This document shows, piece by piece, positions 1-8,209 of a stretch of 22,313 nucleotides of DNA. This stretch comes from Candidatus Eiseniibacteriota bacterium (GTDB taxonomy: Bacteria; Eisenbacteria; RBG-16-71-46). The notes beneath the pieces are model-generated. The model worked only from the letters and a program-made list of their open reading frames with translations. It did not search any database and was not told the DNA's origin. Made by a program: the position numbers and the translations under genes. Position 1 is the stretch's first letter. Each line of letters opens with the position of its first letter. The stretch covers positions 1 to 22,313 of the forward strand of contig JANMQY010000006.1 in the NCBI GenBank assembly GCA_031370785.1, written 5' to 3'.

Positions 1-26
1 TAGGTAACGAGTCTTCGAAGGGACAT
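1..26 (-). CDS. 5' end of a gene running off the left edge (MSLRRLVT...), possibly a signal peptide
   Basis: Minus-strand ATG at 26 preceded by GTGAGGCGGACTGGAC (SD-like GAGG). Only 8 codons are visible. Confidence 0.45.
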
Positions 27-99
27 GTCCAGTCCGCCTCACTCGTGTTCGCTCCACAGCTTTTCCTGCGAACGTATTTCTAGGCAGTATCTTGCGCTA

Positions 100-1461
100 T
101 CAGATCGCCGCGCCCGATTCCACGGGCACATCGGTGCCGGCACTTTCGCGCGTGATGGGCGAGCGCTTGTGCCCGAGGCTCTCGCGCACGGCGCGGGCGA
201 GCGGCGCGCGCAGCTTGCCCGGCGCTACGCGACCGACGCTCACGCGCTCGGCGCCGAGGAATCGCGCGAGGTCGCTCAGCGTCTCGCCGATGCCGACGAG
301 CGCCGCGTCGAGATCGACCGCGCCCCAGGCCGCGGCGGGTGGAGCTTTGCCCGCCACCAACCACGGCTCGAAGTGCACGCGCCTCACTTCGAGTACGCCG
401 CGACTACGGTGATGCTTGGCATCGAGCCGCCCGATCAGGTGCGCGTCGTGCCAGATCGGCAGCACGTAGTAGCCAAACTTGCGTTTGGGGCCGGGGACGT
501 AGACTTCGATCGTGTAGTCGAAGCCGAACAGCCGCTGCGTGCGCGCGCGATGCCACAGGAACGAATCGAACGGCGAGAGCAGCGTCGTCCCCTGCGAAGG
601 CGCGCGGCGCGAACGCGCCGCCTTCTCGAGCGCCGGCAGATCCTCGGGCAGCGCCACCCAGCGCACTCGCGAGCCCTCGATCTCCACTTCGACCACTTCG
701 GCGGACTTGAGCATCGCGTTCAGCTTCTTCTTTCGCATCGTGGCCGGGATGCGCGGAAAGGTGAGGTACCAGTTGAGGTCGGTCTCGGTCGCCGCGCCCA
801 TCGCGTGGAGCGACCGCCGTATGTGCCAGCTCATGAATTCGTCCCACGACGGCGGTTCACCCGCGGCGAACGCGGGCAGCACGCGCTCGGCGATGTCGAA
901 GCGCTTCTGGAAGTGGACGCGTGAGTGCACCAGCGTGCGCCCGGTCATCCACAGGCCGTGCAGGGCGTGCGCGGCCGGCTTCCAGTCCCACCAGCCGGCG
1001 CCTTTGCCGGGGCGCACGTGCTCGAAGTCGGCATTCGCGAGTGGGCCGCGCTCGCGGATCGCCAGCTCGGTCGCCTCGGTCACGCGCCGGTTCTTGTTCT
1101 TTCTAAGGAAGGCGGACCAGCCGGTGTGGCGCGCCTTGTAGTCGAGCATCACGCGGCGCCACGTGACGAGCTGCGAGGAGGGCACGAAGCAGGCGGCGTG
1201 CGCCCAGTATTCGAACAGCACGCGCCGGCGATAGATCAGCCGATCGAGCGTGGCGTGATCGTAGGCGCCGAACCGGCTCCACGCGGTCAGGTAGTGGGCG
1301 CGGTCGAGCACGTTGATCGAGTCGATCTGGAGTCCGCCCACGTCGCTGACGAAGCGCTCGAGCGTCGTGGCGCCCAGGCGACGCCCGCGCGGACGGTCGA
1401 GATGCTGGCGCGCGACGAACAGCGCCGCGGCAGCGCGCAGCGGGAAAACCGGCGGCTTCAT
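100..1461 (-). CDS. ycaQ: YcaQ/AlkZ-family (winged helix) DNA interstrand-crosslink repair glycosylase, YcaQ-like subfamily, 453 aa
   Basis: Motifs GGLQIDSINV (catalytic QxD), LFEYWAHAAC, GWWDWKP, LLSPFD and YVPGPKRKFGYYVLPI. Start placed at ATG 1461 (MKPPVF), which overlaps the glcF stop as ATGA. Confidence 0.88.
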   Translation of the reverse strand: MKPPVFPLRAAAALFVARQHLDRPRGRRLGATTLERFVSDVGGLQIDSINVLDRAHYLTAWSRFGAYDHATLDRLIYRRRVLFEYWAHAACFVPSSQLVTWRRVMLDYKARHTGWSAFLRKNKNRRVTEATELAIRERGPLANADFEHVRPGKGAGWWDWKPAAHALHGLWMTGRTLVHSRVHFQKRFDIAERVLPAFAAGEPPSWDEFMSWHIRRSLHAMGAATETDLNWYLTFPRIPATMRKKKLNAMLKSAEVVEVEIEGSRVRWVALPEDLPALEKAARSRRAPSQGTTLLSPFDSFLWHRARTQRLFGFDYTIEVYVPGPKRKFGYYVLPIWHDAHLIGRLDAKHHRSRGVLEVRRVHFEPWLVAGKAPPAAAWGAVDLDAALVGIGETLSDLARFLGAERVSVGRVAPGKLRAPLARAVRESLGHKRSPITRESAGTDVPVESGAAI

Positions 1462-2858
1462 TCGCGCCCCGGCGGATATGCCCGAGCCAGCACCTCCACC
1501 AGGTGCCGCATCTCGACGTTCGATCCACGCGCTCGCGCGCCGCGCGCCATGTGCAGCAGGCAGCCCGGATTGGATGCGACCACGACTTCGGGCGCAACCG
1601 CGGCGATCGAGTCGAGCTTGTGCTCGAGCTGTGCGTCCGCCATCTCGGGATGCGTCAGGTTGTAGACGCCCGCGCTGCCGCAGCACCAGTCGGAGTTGGG
1701 CAGATCCACCAGCTCGGCTCCCGGCATGCGGCGCAGCAGCTCTCGCGGCGCGCTCCGCACCTTCTGCGCGTGTGCCAGGTGACACGGATCGTGGTAGCCG
1801 ACGCGCAACGGCCGGGATGCATCTCGCGCCGAGTGCAAAGGGGTCGCGGCCGCCGGCAGGCCCAGCTCGGCCAGCACCTCGGAGACGTCGCGCACCCGTG
1901 CCGAGAATCGTTCGGCACCGCTCGCCACTTCACCTTCGCCATGCAGCAGGTGGCCCATCTCGCGCAGCGCAGCGCCGCAGCCGGCCGAATGCGTCACGAT
2001 GAAGTCGGAGGCGTCGTCGAACGCCGCGACATTCCTGACCGCGAGCGCTTTGGCGGTGCGGCGCAGGCCCGCGTGCGCGTGCAGCGCGCCGCAGCAGGTC
2101 TGGCCCGCCGGCACGCGCACCTCGGCCCCGGCCAGCACCAGCAGGCGCACTGCGTCGCGGCCGACCTCGGGGAACATCACCTCCATGACGCAGGTGGTGA
2201 AGAAGTCCACTCGCGTCTTTGCAGCTCCGGCCGGATGGAACACCAGCCCGCTAGCGACTCGCTCCATGCGCGCGCCCTTCGGCAGCTCGCGCTCCACGCG
2301 CTCGAGCGCCCGTTCGCGGCGCGGCGCGAGCGGCGGTGTCATCGCGAAGCCCTGGGTTGCGAACGGCGGCAGCACGCGCCGCGCCAGCGCGGAGCGCATG
2401 AACGCGCCGATCGGCCCGCGCTGCCCGACCCGCAGCAGGTCGGCGACCAGATGCATGCGGTTTCGGTTCGGAAAGAGCTGCTCGAGCGCCCAGTGCCCCA
2501 GCGCAGTCAGTGGCGAGCGCGAAGTGGCGCGGCGCTGAAGCTGGCCGCGCGTCTCTTCGAGCATGCGACTGTAGGGAACGCCCGCGGGACACACCGTCTC
2601 GCACGCCCGGCAGTCGAGGCAGTTGTCGAGATGAGTGACCAGCTCTTCGCTCGGCTGGATGCGGCCCTCGGCGAGCCCGCGCATCAGGTAGATGCGACCG
2701 CGCGGCGAGTCGGGCTCGATCTTGAGCTCGCGATAGGTCGGGCACGCGGTCAGGCACAGCCCGCAATGAATGCAGGTCTCCAGATCGCGGCGGCCGGGGG
2801 CATCTTCGCCGTCGAACCACGGCATGCGTGAGGGTTGCTTGGCAGGGGCGTCATTCAT
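1458..2858 (-). CDS. glcF: Glycolate oxidase iron-sulfur subunit GlcF-like (two 4Fe-4S motifs plus two CCG domains)
   Basis: CIHCGLCLTACP, DSPRGRI, CLDCRACETVCP, QTCCGALHAHAG, YHDPCHL, CCGSAGVYN and SNPGC. Confidence 0.88.
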   Translation of the reverse strand: MNDAPAKQPSRMPWFDGEDAPGRRDLETCIHCGLCLTACPTYRELKIEPDSPRGRIYLMRGLAEGRIQPSEELVTHLDNCLDCRACETVCPAGVPYSRMLEETRGQLQRRATSRSPLTALGHWALEQLFPNRNRMHLVADLLRVGQRGPIGAFMRSALARRVLPPFATQGFAMTPPLAPRRERALERVERELPKGARMERVASGLVFHPAGAAKTRVDFFTTCVMEVMFPEVGRDAVRLLVLAGAEVRVPAGQTCCGALHAHAGLRRTAKALAVRNVAAFDDASDFIVTHSAGCGAALREMGHLLHGEGEVASGAERFSARVRDVSEVLAELGLPAAATPLHSARDASRPLRVGYHDPCHLAHAQKVRSAPRELLRRMPGAELVDLPNSDWCCGSAGVYNLTHPEMADAQLEHKLDSIAAVAPEVVVASNPGCLLHMARGARARGSNVEMRHLVEVLARAYPPGRE

Positions 2859-2864
2859 GAGGGC

Positions 2865-2873
2865 AGCATAGCA
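2865..2873 (-). promoter_or_regulatory. Extended -10 element (TGCTATGCT) 6 nt upstream of the glcF ATG; probable leaderless promoter
   Basis: Minus strand reads TGC-TATGCT-GCCCTC-ATG with no SD sequence. Confidence 0.6.
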
Positions 2874-2885
2874 TCGCGCCGAGGG

Positions 2886-2914
2886 TTGGACGCGCGGGCG
2901 GGAGCGGCTATTCT
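2886..2914 (+). promoter_or_regulatory. Sigma70-type promoter TTGGAC-N17-TATTCT, 6 nt before GTG 2921 (leaderless)
   Basis: TTGGAC at 2886-2891, TATTCT at 2909-2914, 17-nt spacer. Confidence 0.55.
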
Positions 2915-2920
2915 GCGCGG

Positions 2921-4012
2921 GTGAATTCCATCGTCGATCCTCCGGACGCCGAAGCCCGAGGCGTCGAAGAACCGGGATACGCTGTCGTCGCGCCGCGCTC
3001 GCGCGTGCCGGCGGCGCTCGCGCTCAGCCTGTACGCGCTGGCTGCATTAGGAATCGCGCTGTGGGCCGCGCCGCGCACCAGCCTCAATCCGCGCGCGCTG
3101 CTGGCCGACTCGGTGGAGGGCACCGCCTACCGGCCGTACGTCTATCGCCAGCTCGTCCCGCTGATGGTGCGCGCGATCGACGCCATCACTCCGGCACCGG
3201 TCCGGCGCTCGATCGACAGCACTTTCGCCGCGCATCCGCTACTCATGCGCAAGCTGCACTGGGCGCCAGGGTACGCACGCTGGTTCGTGATCGTGTTCGT
3301 GCTCCACTGGCTGTCTTTGATCCTGTTCGGCGCGTGCATGCGCGATCTGGTGGATCAGACCTGGGCCCCGCGCGCACCGGTGTCGGTCGCGGCGGGGGTC
3401 GCGGCGATCGTGCTCACCGGCATCCACTTCGGCTATCAGAATTTCGTCTACGACTTCCCTCAGCTCGCGCTGTTTGCGCTGGGGCTCGCCCTGCTCGGTC
3501 GCGATCGCCTGCGCGAGTTCTACCTGCTCTATCCGATCGGGATGCTCAATAAGGAGACGTTCGTCCTGATGACGCTGGTGTTCGTGTTCACGCGCTGGAA
3601 GCGTCTTGCGTTCGGCGCTCTCCTGCTGCACGTACTCGCCCAGCTCGCAATCGCTTTCGCGATCGTCGGCGCGCTCCACTACATCTATCGGAACGAGCCC
3701 GGTGGCACGCTCGAGTTCCATCTGAGTCGTAACCTCGACTACCACCCGAGCGCGCGGCAACTGCTGCACGATGTGATCTATGTCGGGTTCTGGGTGCTCG
3801 CGCTGTTGAGCGCGCGACGCCGTCCATTCCTCGGAGGCCTCGCGCTGGTGCTCGGAGGCCTGCTCGGGATCACGACGCTGTTCTTCGGCTACATCACCGA
3901 GTACCGCTATTACTACGAGGTGTATCCGATCCTGTTCCTGCTCGCGTTCGGCACGGTGTGGAACGCCACGGTCGGTCGGCGGCGTGCGCCGCCGCCCGCC
4001 ACAGCTACTTGA
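2921..4012 (+). CDS. Polytopic integral membrane protein, possibly a GT-C-fold glycosyltransferase
   Basis: About 9-11 hydrophobic segments. First loop carries AYRPYVYRQLVP; also YDFPQL, LNKETFV and EYRYYYE, charged motifs reminiscent of GT-C enzymes. Strong GC3 codon bias. Confidence 0.7.
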   Translation: MNSIVDPPDAEARGVEEPGYAVVAPRSRVPAALALSLYALAALGIALWAAPRTSLNPRALLADSVEGTAYRPYVYRQLVPLMVRAIDAITPAPVRRSIDSTFAAHPLLMRKLHWAPGYARWFVIVFVLHWLSLILFGACMRDLVDQTWAPRAPVSVAAGVAAIVLTGIHFGYQNFVYDFPQLALFALGLALLGRDRLREFYLLYPIGMLNKETFVLMTLVFVFTRWKRLAFGALLLHVLAQLAIAFAIVGALHYIYRNEPGGTLEFHLSRNLDYHPSARQLLHDVIYVGFWVLALLSARRRPFLGGLALVLGGLLGITTLFFGYITEYRYYYEVYPILFLLAFGTVWNATVGRRRAPPPATAT

Positions 4013-4076
4013 GCACCACGATCCGCTTCGCCGACTCGTCGGTCTTCGCGACTGCCGAGCGCCACATCGAATCCCG

Positions 4077-4445
4077 CTAGCCCTCGGTCGAACCCTCGCC
4101 CTTCGTCTCGAGGTGGAAGCGGTGCAGGAATCGGTGCAGCATCGGCGCGATGAACACGCTCACGCTGGTCAGGAACGCGACGCCGCTGAACAACGCGTAG
4201 AGCGACTCGAACCACTTGCCTCCGGTGCTCCTGACCGCGTCCACCGGTCCCATGCCTCCGAGAATCATCGAGGCGTTGACCAGCGAGTCGAGCCATCGGA
4301 GCTGGGCGAAGAAGTGATAGCCCAATACGCCGATTCCGAGGCTGACAAGAAGGATTCCCCCGGCGAGCTGTGCGTTGCGCGCGAGATGGCTGACGAACTC
4401 GCGCCGTGAGGGGAGCGGCTTGCGCATGCGGATGACCTTCGTCAT
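4077..4445 (-). CDS. Small membrane protein with potassium-channel-like (TM-pore helix-TM) topology and a non-canonical filter, 122 aa
   Basis: SLGIGVLGYH-x-WLDSLVNASMILGGMGPV-x-GKWFESLYALFSG. ATG 4445 overlaps the upstream stop as ATGA. Confidence 0.7.
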   Translation of the reverse strand: MTKVIRMRKPLPSRREFVSHLARNAQLAGGILLVSLGIGVLGYHFFAQLRWLDSLVNASMILGGMGPVDAVRSTGGKWFESLYALFSGVAFLTSVSVFIAPMLHRFLHRFHLETKGEGSTEG

Positions 4446-5470
4446 GGAACCAGCACCACCTTTCCGAAATGTTCCCGGGCCTCGATGCGACGGTGCGCGG
4501 CGGCGGCCTCCGCGAGCGGCATCACCGAATCCACGACCGGCTTGAGCCTGCCGTCGCGCACGAACTTGAGCACTTCGACCAGCTCCGAGCGGCGTCCCAT
4601 CCACGAGCCCATCAGCGTGAGGTGCCTGCCGAACAGCGCATTCAGGTCGAGTTGCGCTTCCTTGCCGATGGTGGCGCCGCACGTCACCAGTCTTCCGTTG
4701 CGCGCGAGCGCGGCCACCCCCTGCTCGAAGATGCGCCCGCCGACGTGCTCGAACACGACCTCGACGCCCTTCTTGCCGGTCAGCTCGCGGGCGCGCCGGG
4801 CCAGGTCCTCGTGCGAATGGTCGATGGTCTGGTGTGCGCCGAGCTCGCGGGCGCGCTCGAGTTTATTCGCATCGCCCGCGCTCGCGATCACCCGCGCACC
4901 GAGCATGCGCGCGATCTGCACCGCCGCACTGCCCACCCCGCTGCCCGCACCGATCACCAGCACGTCCTCGCCGGCGCGGAGCTTCGCGCGCCCGACCAGC
5001 ATGTGCCACGCAGTGAGGAACACGAGCGGCACGGCGGCGGCCTCTTTCCACGCCAGATTGTCGGGGTAGGGCAGGCAGTTGACCGCCGGCACCGCGACGC
5101 GTTCGGCGTAGCCGCCGTTGCGCTGGCGCCCGATCACGTCGTACGCGCGGCACAGATTGTCGTCGCCGGCAAAGCAGGCGGGGCAGGTGCCGCAGGAGAG
5201 CGTCGGCAGCACCAGCGTCTTCTGCCCCACGGTCAGGTGCCGCACCGCCTCGCCCACCTCGCGGACTTCGCCGACGATGTCGTTGCCGAGGATGTGGGGC
5301 ATCTCGACCTCGACCCCACGCAGCCCGGATCGCACCCACAGGTCGAGGTGGTTGATCCCGCATGCGCGCACCTCGATCAGCGCCTCGTCGGGAGCAATCG
5401 TCGGATCCGGCATGTCGCGGTACTCGAGCACCTCGGGCCCGCCGAAACGATCGAACACGACCGCCTTCAT
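4442..5470 (-). CDS. Zinc-binding medium-chain dehydrogenase/reductase (alcohol dehydrogenase/quinone reductase-like)
   Basis: MKAVVFDRFGGPEVL, CGINHLD, structural Zn site CGTCPACFAGDDNLC, nucleotide-binding GAGSGVG, and C-terminal HFGKVVL. Confidence 0.92.
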   Translation of the reverse strand: MKAVVFDRFGGPEVLEYRDMPDPTIAPDEALIEVRACGINHLDLWVRSGLRGVEVEMPHILGNDIVGEVREVGEAVRHLTVGQKTLVLPTLSCGTCPACFAGDDNLCRAYDVIGRQRNGGYAERVAVPAVNCLPYPDNLAWKEAAAVPLVFLTAWHMLVGRAKLRAGEDVLVIGAGSGVGSAAVQIARMLGARVIASAGDANKLERARELGAHQTIDHSHEDLARRARELTGKKGVEVVFEHVGGRIFEQGVAALARNGRLVTCGATIGKEAQLDLNALFGRHLTLMGSWMGRRSELVEVLKFVRDGRLKPVVDSVMPLAEAAAAHRRIEAREHFGKVVLVP

Positions 5471-5491
5471 GCGAGACGCCGCCGCAACCCG

Positions 5492-6349
5492 CTACTCATC
5501 GAACACGACCGTCGGCTCTTCGTAGAACCGGATCTGGCGTTGCGCGAGGCGCTCCTTCAACCAGTCGTCGAGCCATTGATTCTTGAGCTCGGTGCTCTGT
5601 ACCTTGTCGGCGAGGCGGTCGACCGGAATGTTCACGCGCAGCGCGCGCCAGCGCACCAGGTGGCGCGTGATGCCGGCCGGAAGGCGTGCGCCGCTCGTGG
5701 CGAGCTCGATCACCTCATCGGGCGTGAAGCGCGGGAAGACGAGCAGCGCGGTGATCTCGGGATAGCGCGCGCGCGCCGCATCGAGAGAATCGGTCGCGAC
5801 GCGGTAGAAGCGCGTGCCGCCGCGGTAGACATTCACCACCGCGTTCAGCAGATCGTTGCGCTGCTCGAGGTCGCCCCCGCCGTGGAGCGTGTCCACGCCG
5901 CCGTCCGCGCACACCACGTAGGCGAGCGCTTCGCGCCGCGCAAGCACGGCGCGTGCGTGCTGCAGCGATTCGTTGCGGCGCTCGAGCCCTGGAATTCTGT
6001 CGAGCGTCGCCATCAGCTCGTCATGCGGGTAGTCGGCGAGCGCGTGATACCAGGTGGAGAGCTCGACGCCGGGATCGTCGTAGCGCACCACCTGCACCAC
6101 GATGTGCGGTAGCCCGGCGGCGCGCGCCGCGCTCGCGCGATTGGCGCCGTCGAGTACGATGTAGCGCGGCTTGTCCGGGTCGTCGCCCAGTGGCGCGACG
6201 ATCGGCGGATTCTTGAGCACGCCCTGCTCGCGAAGGCGCCGCACCAGCGGCTGCATCCGCTGCTCATCATGCTGCTCGTGCGACAGGAGCGACTCCACCG
6301 GCACGAAGCGCAGATCGGGAAGCCGGGGATCCTGCGGGGCGGAAGGCAT
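5492..6349 (-). CDS. ParB/Srx-fold protein resembling the SbnI/SerK free L-serine kinases, 285 aa
   Basis: LLSHEQHD...R, LKNPPIV, YIVLDGANR, LSTWYH and LPAGITRH parallel motifs recalled from SbnI (LHE, RHPILV, DGVHR, STWQH, PPGVTRF). Start at ATG 6349. Confidence 0.7.
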   Translation of the reverse strand: MPSAPQDPRLPDLRFVPVESLLSHEQHDEQRMQPLVRRLREQGVLKNPPIVAPLGDDPDKPRYIVLDGANRASAARAAGLPHIVVQVVRYDDPGVELSTWYHALADYPHDELMATLDRIPGLERRNESLQHARAVLARREALAYVVCADGGVDTLHGGGDLEQRNDLLNAVVNVYRGGTRFYRVATDSLDAARARYPEITALLVFPRFTPDEVIELATSGARLPAGITRHLVRWRALRVNIPVDRLADKVQSTELKNQWLDDWLKERLAQRQIRFYEEPTVVFDE

Positions 6350-6363
6350 GGGCGGAGAATTTA

Positions 6364-7044
6364 CTACTTCTGCGGAACGATGGGTGGGGCGGTCTCGCTT
6401 CGCGGGGCAGTTCGCACCTCGCGCTTCGCCGAGACGGTGAGCTTGGACAGGGTCTCGAGCGGCACGATGTAGGTGAGCGAGTCCGCCGGGTCGTAGAGCA
6501 TCACGAAGCGCATGGTCGTGCCGATGAGCAGCGCCTCGCTCGGCGCACCCGCACGATTCGCCGCGTCGCGCAGATCCACCGCCATGCGCTTTCCGTGCCC
6601 GGCTTTGATGTCGTCCGCGACGTGCTCGGCGAAGAACTGGGTGAACAGTGCTCCATAGAGCAGCACCACCGTCGCACCGCTCCACAGCTTGTGGCGCGGA
6701 TCGGACCAGCTCCGATGCCGATCGTAGAGCGCCTGGTACGCGGGCACGCGTCGCCTCACCCACGCATCGACGCGGTAGATCAGCCACAGCAGGCCGAGCG
6801 GGAGGACGAACAGGAAGATCACCAGCGGCTGGCGGATCGCGGCCATCAGGAAATCGCCGGTCTCGGAAAAGTCCAGCACGTTGACGTGGAATTCCCGGAA
6901 CAGCCAGACGTGGTACATGAACCCGATGAGGGTGAGGATCAGGTACGCGCCGGTGATGGCCAGCCCCGAGTGCGCCGCGATCACGCGCATGTACTCGCCG
7001 GCATGGGCGCGAAGCGGAGTCGGAGCCGGGTCCGCTTCCTTCAT
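6364..7044 (-). CDS. Hypothetical membrane protein (about 3 TM segments plus a soluble C-terminal region), 226 aa
   Basis: Hydrophobic segments with the internal motif [25 protein letters not shown] 7044 overlaps the upstream stop as ATGA. Confidence 0.75.
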   Translation of the reverse strand: MKEADPAPTPLRAHAGEYMRVIAAHSGLAITGAYLILTLIGFMYHVWLFREFHVNVLDFSETGDFLMAAIRQPLVIFLFVLPLGLLWLIYRVDAWVRRRVPAYQALYDRHRSWSDPRHKLWSGATVVLLYGALFTQFFAEHVADDIKAGHGKRMAVDLRDAANRAGAPSEALLIGTTMRFVMLYDPADSLTYIVPLETLSKLTVSAKREVRTAPRSETAPPIVPQK

Positions 7045-8162
7045 CTGCGGGTCTGTGCCCCGGCCGCGCGTCCGCTCTCGAAGTAGGCCGCCTTGAGGCG
7101 CTTCATCAGGTCCTCGCGGCGATCGAAGAGACGCTTGAGCGGCCGCGGCTTGTGGCGCGCGAGCGCGTACGCGGTGAGCAGCGGCAGGGTGATGGTCGAG
7201 TCGGCGTAGCAGATCACCGTGCCCGGCAACTGGTCGGGATCGATCTTCCCCCAGCTTACGGCCTCGGCCGGAGTCGCGCCGGACAGTCCGCCGGTGTCGG
7301 GCCGCGCATCGGTGCACTGCAGGAAATAGTCGTGGCCCTTCTCGGCGATGCCCAGCACTTCCTGGATCTGCGGTTCGGTCTGGAGCAGGAAATTCTTGGG
7401 GCTGCCGCCGCCGAGGATCCACACCGCGCTCTTGCCGCCCTTACCCTTCGCGTCCCACACGATCGCCGCGGTCTCGTTCACGTCGGCATTGACGTCGAAC
7501 TGGAGCTTGTTCCCCTCGAGCGCCTTGGCCGCCACGTTCATGCCGATCGAGGAGTCGCCGGGCGAGGAGGTGTAGATCGGCACGCCGAACTCCCACGCTG
7601 CGGCCAGCATCGAGCGCCGCTTGAGTCCGAGCGTCTCTTCGCGGGCCCGCACATACCTGCCGCACAGGTTGTGGAACTCGGCGGTGCTCATCGCGCGCTG
7701 GAATTCGGGGGCGGAGATCACTTCGCGGAAGAACGCGTCGGTGTCGAGCAGCACTGAATAGTCGAAGAAGATGTCGTAGATGCGCACCACGCCCTGCTCG
7801 CGCAATTCGACGTCGTCCGCCTGCCAGGTCCCGGCATGCATCGAGAGGCCGATGCCAAAATGGGTGTCGTGGTAGAGATTCGCGCCGGTCGAGACGATCC
7901 AGTCCACGAAGCCCGCTTCCATGAGCGGGATGATCGCGCTCATGCCGAGCCCGGCGGGAGTGAGCGCGCCGGTCAGTGACATGCCCACGGTCACATCGTC
8001 GGCCAGCATGCGCTCGGCCAGTAGCCGCGCGCCCTCGCGCAGGCGCGCGCCGTTGTAGGCGAGGAACGCCTGATCGATGAGATCGGCGGCGCTCTCCCTG
8101 CCGTTGATGGCAGGAGGGTTGATGCGCGGGCCTCTGATGTGCGGGTTCTCACGGGCGGACAT
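7041..8162 (-). CDS. speY: Deoxyhypusine synthase family protein, SpeY-type (probable homospermidine biosynthesis), 373 aa
   Basis: [58 protein letters not shown] (active-site Lys retained). SD GAAGGAG precedes ATG 8162. Confidence 0.88.
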   Translation of the reverse strand: MSARENPHIRGPRINPPAINGRESAADLIDQAFLAYNGARLREGARLLAERMLADDVTVGMSLTGALTPAGLGMSAIIPLMEAGFVDWIVSTGANLYHDTHFGIGLSMHAGTWQADDVELREQGVVRIYDIFFDYSVLLDTDAFFREVISAPEFQRAMSTAEFHNLCGRYVRAREETLGLKRRSMLAAAWEFGVPIYTSSPGDSSIGMNVAAKALEGNKLQFDVNADVNETAAIVWDAKGKGGKSAVWILGGGSPKNFLLQTEPQIQEVLGIAEKGHDYFLQCTDARPDTGGLSGATPAEAVSWGKIDPDQLPGTVICYADSTITLPLLTAYALARHKPRPLKRLFDRREDLMKRLKAAYFESGRAAGAQTRR

Positions 8163-8192
8163 GAACGCTCCTTCGCGAAGTGCGTGACGTGA

Positions 8193-8209
8193 ATCGTGCG
8201 GGCACGATA
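8193..8209. promoter_or_regulatory. Palindrome ATCGTGC-GG-GCACGAT overlapping a minus-strand -10 (TATCGT) of speY; candidate operator
   Basis: Perfect 7-bp inverted repeat at 8193-8199/8202-8208. TATCGT lies on the minus strand at 8204-8209. Confidence 0.35.

Noticed and set aside
1462..1785. Long N-terminal extensions in the ORF track (also 4446-4682, 6350-6787, 7045-7422, 8196-8399, 17841-18113)
   Set aside because: They overlap upstream genes or promoter regions. Internal starts are supported by ATGA coupling or SD sites.
5492..6349. Chromosome or plasmid partitioning ParB, or a mobile-element marker
   Set aside because: There is no parA, no HTH domain and no mobility genes. The motifs fit the kinase branch of the fold better.
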